This document shows, piece after piece, positions 39,917-52,162 of a stretch of 64,000 nucleotides of DNA (position 1 is the stretch's first letter; each line of letters starts with the position of its first letter). The notes below the pieces were generated by a model that saw only the letters and a list, made by a program, of their open reading frames with translations, had not been told where the DNA came from and ran no database searches. Source of the stretch: Bugula neritina. Lineage: Eukaryota > Animalia > Bryozoa. The stretch lies in assembly GCA_964035545.1 (NCBI GenBank), contig OZ037768.1, positions 3,814,741 through 3,878,740 on the forward strand, given 5' to 3'. The position numbers and the translations under genes are program-made.

Positions 39917-42900
39917 TTAATTAAGATTAAACAAGTTGAAAATTTTCATGAAACAAATTAAAAAATTTAATGAAAACTTTAAACATTGCAGATTTGCTGC
40001 ATGGCACATATCTGTTTGAATTTGTTGACCAAATTTCATGGTAAACTAACAATATTAAGATAGATAAATAAACACACTAACCATTAAAATATGTATTGAA
40101 AACATCATAATATAATGTTGAGATGGACCGGATAGAAAAAATGGCTGCCTGCCACCATGCTCATACACAGGTTTTAAATCTGTCAGCAAATATTGATATA
40201 AATATTCTCAGTAATATTGTCTTAGAGATACACATTCAGCTGTTCTACAAAATACAAAACTAAATTATGAATACATCACATTTACTTGTTTTATATTAAA
40301 TATTCGCCTGTTTTATATCCTTTGGTCTTATAGTGTATGTTTATGAATAACTATTATTACACGTGTGAGTTAACGCACATAAACAGCAGAATACTGTATA
40401 CTTTAACAAAACATTTATTACGTCGCCATTTAACTTTTAATTGTATCCACCTTAACACTGCAAAGTTTTAATCATACTTTCAATATTTTATGTAGAGTAG
40501 GTAACTCCAAATGCAAATTTCTTTGAGCAATATGTATTATTTCATATGAAGTTGTTGATATTTTTGTAAAAACTTGAATTGATGCAAAAACTTAGTCATA
40601 ATGTCATGCAACAATAATTAGTTGGCTATTGTTTTTAAAGATATTTTATGCTTTTCCCTAGAGAGAATCGTTTTTACATATAATTGTGCTGGTAACTTGT
40701 AGCCCACAATTGTCTTATCTATTAATCTGGATAACTTATTTACAAATCAGAGTAGGCATGTGTAGGAGATGCATGCTTCTAGAAAGAATTCAGTAGTTTG
40801 ATATTTGCAGAACAAAAAATAATGATAAATCAACAAACACAGTGCTTTCAAATTATTTGTTCCCACAGCTATATTTAAGATTTAACTTCTTGTAAAAATT
40901 GATTTATCTATATAAATCTAAAATTTACAAATAATTATTGTAAAGTCTAATTGTATTTCTATTAATTGGTGTAACTAGATAAGTTAGAATTACTGCCAAT
41001 AAAGCCTTAAAAACTTATTCAAATATAGAAGATATTTGTGCTCTATTAAAATTATATGTTACAAGACATTTATTACTTGAATTTCTATCAATAAATCCTT
41101 TAGAATAATTTTATTGGGCGAATGAAGCAAACATTCATACTTTAAGATAACTTTTTAAAAAAATCTCTGACACACTTTATTTATGTTGTATTAAAATATT
41201 CGTTATATATATCTTAGCTATCATCTACATATTGCTTGGATTTTGTATTCTTGCAAACCATAAAAAGTGCAGCTAAAGCAATTTTTTACCATTCACATTT
41301 TGCCTATTATGCAGCATGTCTCCCATACATGTATTAGAGTGCTAACATGAATGTACAGGAGTACTGAAAATATAATAAGAAATTTACCCAAAACATTTTA
41401 AATTAACATCATCTTCTAGCTAAGTTGCAAATGCTAAACTTTCCAAACTCCGTAATATTTTCATAATTAAAAAATGATACATAGTAAATTCTTCAATAAC
41501 TGCTACACACTGAATAAATACATAATAAATAAAATAAAATCAATTTTTCAACTCAATCATATTTGCAAATGTCACTCAATGTTTTAACCAACTTCAACAT
41601 ATTGTTATTTAGTCAACAACTTCCACCTATAATAGCTTAGTAGAATATTCAAGAGAAAATGATGTTTTCAGTTAGTGCAGCATATTTAATTAAACACAAT
41701 AACATTAATTAGGCTAGCACAGTAGGTATTCTTGAAATGACTCGGTTAAAATTGACACTTTATAGAGAATTTACAATCTACCTGTACACAAACTCTAGAT
41801 ACAAGCAACGTATAATCATATTTAAATATTATAAATTTAATTGGACTAAACTGGCAAACAATCAAATTTAAAATCAATAATTACTAATCACTATATGAAT
41901 ATCTTAGTATTTGAGTAAAAAAATTATAGAGATCATTTTGAAATGAAAGTAAAATTAAAATTAGATAAAATTGATATTTAATAATTATAGTAACATCAAA
42001 TTAAACATGGCTTATCATGAACATCACTCAGCTATTCCAGTATCATCAATCATTAAGATTATGATTATCATTATAATTAATTATCATTATGATTTAGGTG
42101 ATGATTGAATTCAATTCAAGGTTGTTAAGCTTTTGTATATAAAAATAGTAATATAGCGTATTCTAAAAGATTCAATTTTACAACCACAATAAAAACTATT
42201 CCTATAGCACTAAAATTTTCAGCAATATGCAAATGAGTAGTGATGTGATGCTTAAATAAAATATAAAATGTTATAATATTATTTTTATTTTGGAAAATCC
42301 CTTGTCCAGCAACCTGCTATAACCTTGACATTAGAAAAAGCGATTTCCTGCTATCTTTCAGTCTAACTTAATTTTCGTAGTGGCTTGAACCCTCGCCCGT
42401 TAAGAATTTAACGATTTATATCTTTGGTTATAGTGCTGAAAAGTGTCAAGGTAACACCTACTTATTGCAACAACTGCAGCAACAGGTAAACAATTTATTG
42501 TTATTAATATTTATTTGTTGTGATATTTCACTTATATCTATATCCTCATCTACTACAGAGGTAAACTATTTGCAGCAGAAGCTTATGCTAGCTTGATTTA
42601 CAAGACTTCTTTACTGGAAAAACATGTAGAAAGCTGATTAAGATTGTTAAGTTTGTAAACTATTCACTTATAGTTTAGGTTATACTTATTAGCTTTCAGT
42701 TTCAGTTATTGAATTTGATAATTATAATCATAATGATATATAGTTATTAGCTTTCAATTTCAGTTATTGAATTTGATAGTTATAATCATAATGATAATGA
42801 TATAATATTTATCATAAGCATTTGAACTTGTAGTTATGAAATACTCATTGCCAGAGCTATTTGATGAGTAAATAGAATTGTTGGCTCAGGTAAAACGTTT

Positions 42901-43811
42901 AACTTTAAGTCTAAGTAAGTTGAACCAATGATATGAATTTATCTTATCAATTTCTGTTGAACTTTATTTATATATAACTATCTTTAAAACTAGTTGCTAG
43001 TTGTAATCATTAGTGCTTATTGTTGCTGGAGTTTTTGTTGTATCTTTAAGAAAAGTATTGTGTCATAAAAGCTTTGTGTGAAAGCTTTTGCAATAGCTTT
43101 TTACTGGTAGTTTTTGAGTCAGTATAGCTCAATTTTCCTCTTGGTAAAGATGCAGGCAACTTAAAATTTATTGTCCAAATAATTGTTACAGTCTGAGTTT
43201 TGTGAGAGAAATAAACTGTTGGCATTAGGCAAATGGCTGAGTTGTGTCCTCCATCCATTCACTCTGCATCTGTGTAACCACTAACCAGTATACAGCATCC
43301 GTGCTGACACACTTATTAAAGCATATACACTTATTAAAAGTTGGTTAGTAGACTTTGCACACGTTCAACGTACTGCCTAAGTCTAAACTAAAAGAAAAAC
43401 CAGAATACAGTAGACAAGTGGTATCATTACTAGTTGCATTATAGCTAAGTTGAAATCCCATAAAATGGTAATACACGTTTTAAGATGTAGAATTTTTAAA
43501 AGGGCCTTGTTAAACAAACACATGTGCATATCTTTTATCATAGGTTAGAGCCATAGACAGTAGTACTAGTAAGTGTAGCAGCAATAGCTGCCTATTGCTG
43601 AGTGTTAGTTTACATAAGAATACTACTTATATCTAGTTGTGGCTAAGTTGTTCTAATGTTTTATTACATGAATGTTCAGTGGACACTATAGTTATAGATA
43701 GGATGCAAACAATTCAACTACTGCAACTTCTATCTTATTATTTGGTTTGAAGTGTTATTGATGGTTTTATTGTACCATATGACATTTTAGTAACGTTTTG
43801 ATTATTTCAAT

Positions 43812-46237
43812 ATGGCTGAATCCTTGGGTTTTGAACGCTTATCTCTCAGTGAAAAGACAGCTCCTTCAGAAATTGAAGTTAAGAACTTGACACAACCGGC
43901 TAGTGTCAAATTTATTGCAGGTAAACAACAAGCACGCCTAAAGCTATTAGTTGTAAAATATAATACATTTTGAAACAATATCTCTGCTTTCATTGAGCAT
44001 TGAACAATAATTCATGGAATTTTATTTTATGTAAAAAGCAAAACTGTTTATATCGAATATGGAATTTTTTACACTTTATATGTTTTGCCAGTATATGCTT
44101 ATCTGATTTTTGTTCTAAATAGCTTATGGATTAATTATAAAATAGTAAAGTAAATTATAGATTCGAATCTAATGATTATCATGAGAGGTGTTCCCGGCAC
44201 AGGAAAGTCTACTATTGTGAACTACCTTAAGGAGTCTCTTTCTACTGAGTGCCTGTGTTCAGCTGACAACTTCTTCATCAGAAATGGGAAATATGTGTTT
44301 GACAGAACTCAAATAAAACAGGCACACACATTCTGCCAACAGAAAGGTTTGTAGTAAGCTTATTCTTTTTAGTATATGTGTAGAGTCTATATAATCAGGG
44401 AAACTATTGCATTTGCCATTTTAATATAGCATTAATTATTACAAACTGATACTATTATCTAAGTTGATGATATAATAATTTAATTTTAAAATATTGAGTA
44501 GATATTTTAATGACAGAGCTGTCCGATGATTTATTGTTGTTGATATTTTTATTTAATGCTAAACTTTACACTTATATGCCATCTTTAATGTAAACAAATG
44601 AATAAGCGTGTTTATTGTATCATATGATATTTTTAATGATTCTTATTTATTCACTGTTAAGATTGAGTCACTGTCATGATATTGGTATTCAACAGAAAAT
44701 ATAAAGTAATCATTTAAATCTATATATATTTGTGATATTTTGTATGTTTAGCTGAGAAGTTTTGCACCGAAGGCCACAGTGTTGTCATCATAGATAACAC
44801 CAATGTTATGAGGTGGGAGACTGACTTTTACGTAGATCTCGCTTACAAACACGGCTATGTGGTTGTTATGATAACTCCTCAAGCACAGTACACGACATCT
44901 CCAAGAACATTGGCACAGAGGAATAAGCATAATGTCTCTGCGGATATCATTAAAAGTCGTTTATCTGTAAGTGGGAGTTATGTTATCTTACTTTGAATTT
45001 ACAATGACCAAGTGTAGTACTAAACTCTGTAGAAATATTAAATTATTAGATACCATTTATGCATGAAAGATTATTGCTGAGAACATATCTTCAGGTTGTT
45101 GATGGTTTTACGTTACAAAGACTTGCAAATTCATTATTTTAGGCATTTCAATATATTCAGCCTCCATACTTTGCTTGGTTTCTCAGTAAGAGATCAGCAA
45201 TGAAGCTTATGGATATTCGGGACCAAACATTAGAAAAGTTGAAACAGAAAGGTAAGCCTTAGTACACGTTTAGATTTTATTATTCTATTGCTTTATATTA
45301 AAATTAAACACTTGTTCATCATAGCAGTTTATTACTGTTTAGAAGTGAAAAACATGTATTGCAACTAATATAACTTTCACTAGATACAAGCTTATTCACC
45401 ACTGTAGTCGTGTTCAGCTTATATTGCAAGATACAATGGTATTTATTTGATTAGCTATAATAATTTGCAGTGCACTGACAATTTTATGATATGAAATATT
45501 CATTTGTAAAATTAATAGTCTTGTTACTTTTCTAGACTGCAAGCATCTGAAATCTGTTGTAGGATACGCCCGTACTAGATTCAGTAGTCCCAGAAACACA
45601 ATTTTACATGTCACATCAAAATATTTCGGCCAATCTAAGAATGCAGATGAGCTGCTCCATCTCTTATCCACCCACATTGGCACGATTGGAGCCATAAAGG
45701 TTACATCTGTTGTGGTGACAAAGAGAACCATAGCAGCGAGGGTTTGCTTGGACAAAGCTTCACAGAAATATTATTTTAATGACATGGAAGGATTTTCCCT
45801 TAATAAACATCCAGGTATGATTTGGAGTGTAGAGCTAGTGAGTACAGTTTAAATAGACAACTAGGTTGTAAGCGACTGAATGCTGAAATTGTTTCAGTTT
45901 TCTCAGCTTGTGCAAATATGCAAACAAATTGATGAGTTTATTTTTTGTAATTATTTCACTTCAGTAAACGGTCATTTAGGAAAATCTTATTCCACATGTT
46001 ATTACAGTTCCCAATGGTTTGAAAGAGGGGTTTGCAGCTCACATTACTCTGGGGGTAGCAAATGGAATTGAACCCAAGGAAGCCAGAAGTGACACAATAC
46101 AGTCTCACTTCTGCGAAAGGCGAGCAGCACCACTGGAAGATGGCCCAGTGCATTATTATCCAGATGAGGAGTTGGCCATCGTCAATCTAGACAAGCCAAC
46201 AGCATTCCAGTGCATATTTGCAGCAGCTTACCGCTAA
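43812..46237 (+). CDS. CNP: 2',3'-cyclic-nucleotide 3'-phosphodiesterase-like protein: P-loop (PNK-like) domain plus 2H phosphoesterase, 6 exons
   Basis: MIIMRGVPGTGKS (Walker A), CSADNFF, IIDNTN, RNKHNV, PYFAWFL, two HxT motifs (LHVT, AHIT). Exons 43812-43920, 44161-44347, 44751-44967, 45143-45251, 45536-45814, 46008-46237. Confidence 0.85.
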
Positions 46238-46559
46238 GACATAAACTTGCATTCATTTTATTTACCCCCACTATTTTATATACTGTAGTTTTATTCATAA
46301 CATTCTTTTTATTTAAAGCTATCATCTACTATATATTTTTGTTATAATTATATTGCATAGTTTTATTTTACAACAAATGTACTTTTAAGCAACTGGCAAT
46401 ATTTGGACAAATATTTTTCTAATATATTCTATTATCAATGCTTGATATTACTGTTTTTTAACAATTTCATTCCATCATTGTGGCTGCGTTTCTTTTCAAA
46501 AATTAAACTTGTGTGGTATTTTTTATAATTATATATTTTGTAAGGCAGCATCATACATA

Positions 46560-48320
46560 TTAAAAGATCATTTTATGTGGATACTGGTGATTTTTAAGAC
46601 TGAAATCACTCTTAAGGTAACCAAACATGAGCTTCTTGTCTTCTCGTTTCTTGATGACTGCCACCAACTGCTTGTCTACTGTGACCTGATCAGCTTTACG
46701 CTCAGGTGAAACCTCAAATTTCTACAAAATATAAAAACGAGTCAAGAAGAGAAATATAGTTAACTTCTGATCAGATATAGAAATGACATTCAGCAGAATG
46801 TTAGAGGATTGTATTAGATCTACTCAATCCTAACATCGTGTTCTATGTCGCACAGTTTTAAGCTAGGAGCAAGCTCGGTAAACAAAATTGCAAGGAACTG
46901 AGAATTTATAAGGAAAAGTTGAAATTCTTTCAGTATAAGCAGTTGTGCTGGAAATACCAAGGTTACTCCAAACCTTGTTTACTTGAAATAATATAATAAT
47001 TAGGAATGTAAATTATAGTGCTGGCAAGTAGTGCTTGCCAAAGAATTTTGGATTTCTCCTCCACCCTGACGAACTAGGAAATGGTCATTAAAGTTTTCTG
47101 CCAATTACATAGAATTTCACTGTTAATTTTTTCCAACTTACCTCCTTTTTGTTTTCAAAGATCTCGCCCTCTGCTGGCTTGGTTTTTTTAGTCCTCTGTT
47201 TCTTGAAGTATACGTCATTTATGTTCTCGGGTATGGTCACTCCAGAGATGTCAAGCTTGGTTTTAGTAGCAATAACGTACCTCTGGTTTATTCTCCTGAG
47301 GGGGCATCCATTAAGAATGTATGGGCCACTTATCAAGAGAAGGCCAGTACCCAACTGCTTCAAGAACACTACATGCTACAAGAAAAAAACTTCCACAATG
47401 AGATTTCAAAGCTTTACTTATGGTGGCAAATCTTTGTGACACACTCCAATTCAGACTGATCTATCAAGCATCAACTAGATGTCAGTAAATGGTTATGTTT
47501 TCATCATAAAAGGAGAGAATACGACCACATATACAGATTGATATTCTGCATATTGTATTAATAACCTAGTTTCGACTTACTTTTCCCTTGTAAGGGCCAG
47601 CTACCAATATGAGGACTGTGCCAGGAGTAATAGAGGCTCGGAGTTTTCGCTTGTGGTCTCTGAAACGATTTTTGCGGGTCTGCAGTCTGTGAGGACACAC
47701 TTGCGTTTCATAAGATTTGCTCTGTGAAATTAAACTGAAGAAGTTCAAACATAGGAATGCGTGTAACCAACATACTACATTCAACAGGGTTCACATTCAT
47801 CATTCAGAAATAACTAATCACCATCAACTTGTAAGAACAGGTCAGTGATATTTTCATCAGTTTATAAATGTGCAACACCCTTACACTTGCTCTTATTGGC
47901 ATTTGCCTTATTGAAGTGAGGTTTCTTTTTAGATATTGGAATAATAATCGTAAACAAGAAACCTTTAAGCACTAACTATAAAAACACTAGGAAATTTTAT
48001 CCAAACGCAAATGGATGCAAAATCTTGTACTTGTGCATAAAAAGCACATAGCAAATGGATAGATAACTTTGATATAAAAATGTGTCAATTCAAGAAAAAC
48101 TCACCATGCGCTTAACTTGAACAATTCTAGTTCCTCCATTCTTTTCGCCACCAATTTGCTTCTTTACAGTTGTTGGCTTAGGAGCGGGTTTGGGGGGAGC
48201 CTTTTGACCAGGTTTTGCAAACTTATATCTAGCCTTTTTTGAGAAGCTGGCTGATGAGGACCATCTCATCACACCGCTCTTCCCGAGCATATAATTTTTG
48301 GGGTGACCTTTTTTACCCAT
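46560..48320 (-). CDS. RPL6: 60S ribosomal protein L6 (eL6), 4 coding exons
   Basis: [77 protein letters not shown]. Confidence 0.97.
47444..47515 (-). ncRNA. Box C/D snoRNA in an RPL6 intron
   Basis: CTCC stem, C box ATGATGA, internal D' CTGA, C'-like TTGATG, D box CTGA, GGAG stem; about 72 nt, sense to the host. Confidence 0.8.
47792..47872 (-). ncRNA. Second candidate box C/D snoRNA in an RPL6 intron
   Basis: CACATT(T/C)AT terminal stem, CTGATGA C box, CTGA D', TTGATGG C'-like, CTGA D box. Confidence 0.6.
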
Positions 48321-48739
48321 CTACAGCGACAAACATAAAACATTTGGCTTTGGAAGTAAATTAAAATTGAATGCAGTTTTAGTTTGTACTCTGTAGCTGA
48401 AATTTGAGATACACATTGAAAAGTAATCAAAACAAATTAGAAAATCACAAATTTTAACGCTGTAATGAGAGGGCACGCATAATGAAGTAGAGTGATGTAC
48501 ATTGACACTAAAACTAATACCTGTAATTCATTGACTCGAAAAATCAAAAGTTGGTGAGGAAGACGCAATTAGTATCTATTAATGAACAGAATTTCCCAAA
48601 CTCTACTTTAAAGAACATTATTTTTGCAATAAAAAACTTTTAAACAATCAAATCCTTTAAAACTTTAGTACGATGACAAAGCAGCAAGTATATTTAGGAA
48701 GATTTTTACCCTGATCAATGCATTACTATTACTACTCAC

Positions 48740-48764
48740 CTTGGCCTTGGACCGGAAAAGAAAT
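48740..48764 (-). promoter_or_regulatory. RPL6 non-coding first exon with 5' TOP (pyrimidine) start
   Basis: Minus strand reads tttcttttccggtccaaggccaag|gtgagt. Confidence 0.75.
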
Positions 48765-49300
48765 GCGCAACGATAGCATTTTGGGTATAGCCTTGACCGA
48801 CAAACCTAACCTAAGATCCATATATCTTGATCTTGCAATACAGTGTGGTATATATACCACTCTGTTGCAATGCATGTCAACTATAGTTCTAACACTATAA
48901 AGTATACATCTCTTGAAGCAGCATCAAATTGGTAGTCACTGAGTACATTAGTTTAGAGTCTCAAGTTAGGACTTGAGTTTTGAGGTTGAGACAAGGCGGT
49001 GTATAAAAAAATACTCTACTTAATCACCCCTAACTCTGTGCTGCTTCTAGTAATATTCAAAATAATCATAACCATAGAACTAAAAAAACCAGAGGTATAT
49101 TAATATTATTTCAGTGTGATAGTAACTATGAACTAAAAAATAGTTTCTAGTTCAATAGATGGTAACCACCTAGTTTTGGTGAATCACTGAATGGAGTAGT
49201 ATTATCTTTATTTTTGGTCATAGGGAGATAGGTTTTTGGTGATTAATAACTGCTTAGCCACCACAACTTTAAAAAAATAAAATTCATCATTAAATTTAAT

Positions 49301-49780
49301 CACAATCACAATGAGTATCAGTGTATGACAATGATTGACAATGATAATCATATTGATATTGTTAATGATAATCATAATGATAATCATAATGACATTGACT
49401 ACCGCCACTGGGGTGACTCTTTTTGATTACTGCAAGACTGAGTATCAGTTACACTTACAGTATCAGTATGACTATGAGTCACTGTGATTGTCATTGTCAC
49501 TTTGAGTTTGTGATTGTCATTGTGATTGTGGTCCTCATAGTAATTGTGATTGTGGTCCTCATAGTAATTGTGATTGTGACATTGATTGGCTGATTCAAAT
49601 TTGCTACAAACTCAAAGTAATACTATTAGTATTAGTATTAGTATTACTAATAGCAATAGTAATACTAAAACTTAATACACACTATAATAATGATAGTAAT
49701 ACAGCGTTTTAAGTAATGATACCGATACGAATACTTATACTAACACTAACCAGCTCTAAGTCTAATAGTATTACACTTGC
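49301..49780. repeat. (ANTNWN)n periodic array between the RPL6 start and the INO80E ATG
   Basis: agtatc agttac acttac agtatc agtatg actatg ... actgtg attgtc attgtc actttg agtttg. Confidence 0.8.
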
Positions 49781-49917
49781 CGTGTAAACCTGGTTTCTAA
49801 TTCTTATTCCTTTTTGCTATTCTATGTTATAGTAACAATAGCCAAGTTTTCTGAATCTGCAACTCAAACAGCTTGAGCTGAGTTTCTTTTCAATACTTGA
49901 ACGTATTTATGATAGGA

Positions 49918-51744
49918 ATGGAAGCAAAACAAACTTTTGCAACAGCAACCGATTCGTCCGAGTCAACAGATTATAAACAGAAGTATATGACTCTAAAGAG
50001 AAAGCTAAAAGGTCTAGTATATGTAAGTAGATAACAAATAGTCTCTAGCTAGCAATGACACAGGGCACTGGGGTTTTGTCATTTTTTATAAATTTTGTAT
50101 TATTTTTCTAATAATATAATGTTTAATCAAGTCAATTAATCTGCTTTGCTTTTCATTAGGAGAATGAGCTGCTTTCAGAACAGTTGGAGAGAATGCAGAA
50201 GAAGTTATTGAGGGTGTCGCGTGATAGAAGCTTTCTGTTGGACAGAATACTTCAGTACGAGAAGGTAGCTGACTCATCCAGTGACTCAGATGCTACTGAT
50301 AGTGATAGTGACTCGGAAAGACCTCCAGTTGCCAAGTAAGCTAACAGACATGTAAAGTTTATACTGTTTCCTCTTATATATGTTGATTAAGTCACATAGT
50401 TAAGAGAGGCTGTTGTTTTAGGTACTACTGTATAATAAGCATACCTTTTTATGTTTCAATAATCCTTACTATACATTCAATAACAGTTCAAACAAATCTC
50501 TTATCTGCATTAGATGTGGTAATAGAATTTTTTCACAAATTTGCTTTAGAAAAAAGCCGATTTCTTCACAGCCACAATCCTCACAGTGTAGTACTGCACA
50601 AGTCTCTGCAGAAGATGGGCAAGATAATTCCAAAAAAATACTAAAGTCTAAATCTGCAAAAAAGAGTAAACTTGGTAAGTTCAACTTTTTTTGAACCTCT
50701 AATTTTGTAGAATTATAACTTTGTGCTGCAATTGTTACAAGCATTGTAGGAGATTTGCTCACAATTGTACATTATGCAGGGCTTACAACTCCTAGAGTGG
50801 CTAAAACATTCTCACTTAATATATCACACTTTTCACACACGCTTTAGTGAAAACATTCATCCATCACATTACAAAGTATGGCTTTGGCGCTATGTATTTT
50901 AGGTGATGAAGAAATCCTAAAATAGTTGTTATACACTGATTGAGCTATATAAAACTGTTTGCTGAAGGTTGTTGTGTCTCATTAAGCCTGCCAACATATG
51001 TTTAGTAAGCTTGTGTGTTGATTATTAATAACGTGCTCAATATTGTTTCACTTGTAGCGGCAGCGAAAAAAACTCCCCCACTCTCTTTAGAAGATATTGA
51101 AAAACATTTAGATTCAAGGCCACAGGTACTCTCTATTGAAAAGGCAACAACTTCTATGCCTACAGATATATTCAACAGTGCTGAAAAGTGAGTATTAAGA
51201 TGATCAACTTATGATCTGTAAGTTGTAACAGTTGGTGTTGTGCTTTGTTGTGTTTTCTTGCACAAGTGTTTCGTCGCATGACATCGTATTTACTGTGGTA
51301 TACCATGTTTACCAGTTTACATGCTAGTAATAATTAACTTTTTCAAGCTTCACTGGAAATACAAAAAATACCACTTGAAGCTTGTGAATATAATATTAAT
51401 AAAACTATAGCATAATTAAATAATGTGCATGCTAGATTTTGTGCTCCAGTGGACTATAATTAAGTTCATGGAAGTTTATTTTTCATAGAAACATAAAATA
51501 TGCTTCTAATGATTGTATTGGAAGCACATTTTTCTATTTCATATAATTTTAAGTTCACATAGATTGGCCAAGTGTGACATGCCACACATTCAGAGAATGC
51601 AACAATTATATAGAACATATGAGTTTTTCTATTACAGCTATTGTGTTGTAATGCTGGTTGTTTCACTTACTGTTTCATACTTGCAGTGAAGAAGTGCAAA
51701 GTGACAATGATCAGAGTTCAGGTCTAGTGATTGACATGAAGTAA
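49918..51744 (+). CDS. INO80E: INO80 complex subunit E, 5 exons
   Basis: [18 protein letters not shown]|[36 protein letters not shown]; last exon 51687-51744 ends GLVIDMK* (LVID motif). Confidence 0.9.
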
Positions 51745-52162
51745 TAACAGCAGTTACAGAAAGCAAACGGCCAAAATACAGCATTATACAGTAGGTTGTT
51801 AGTTTTACATCACCATCAACAGAAACAGCAACTTTTGGAAGGAAGCTAATGTAGATCCTGTGACGCAATAAAGATTATTCGTTAATAGTAATTTTCATAA
51901 TTGGCATTATGTATAGCACATAGTACACCCATGTGCTGCAAATGTAACACATTGTATATAGTTTGTATTCTATTGTATATATATGTATTATTAACAGCAT
52001 TTTATGCGAAAAATTGTACAATATATTGAGCAAAATAAAACCACATATTATGTATTTGCAATGTTGTACTTTACAAGCTTTGGTTTGCACCATTTTCAAG
52101 GCGGTATGAGAAATATTATGGTAAATGACTTGAATAGAGGTTTAAAATTATTATATACTGCC

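Noticed and set aside
42375-42405. B-box-like GGTTCAAGCC on the minus strand suggesting a tRNA or SINE
   Set aside because: No A box or cloverleaf could be built.
49208-49408. Hydrophobic Ile/Met/Val-rich ORFs (also 10005-10271 and 57291-57503)
   Set aside because: By-products of the ANTNWN periodic arrays, not membrane proteins.
51181-51191. INO80E stop at AAG TGA (51189-51191)
   Set aside because: AA|GTGAGT is a strong donor, and the next exon supplies the conserved LVID C-terminus.
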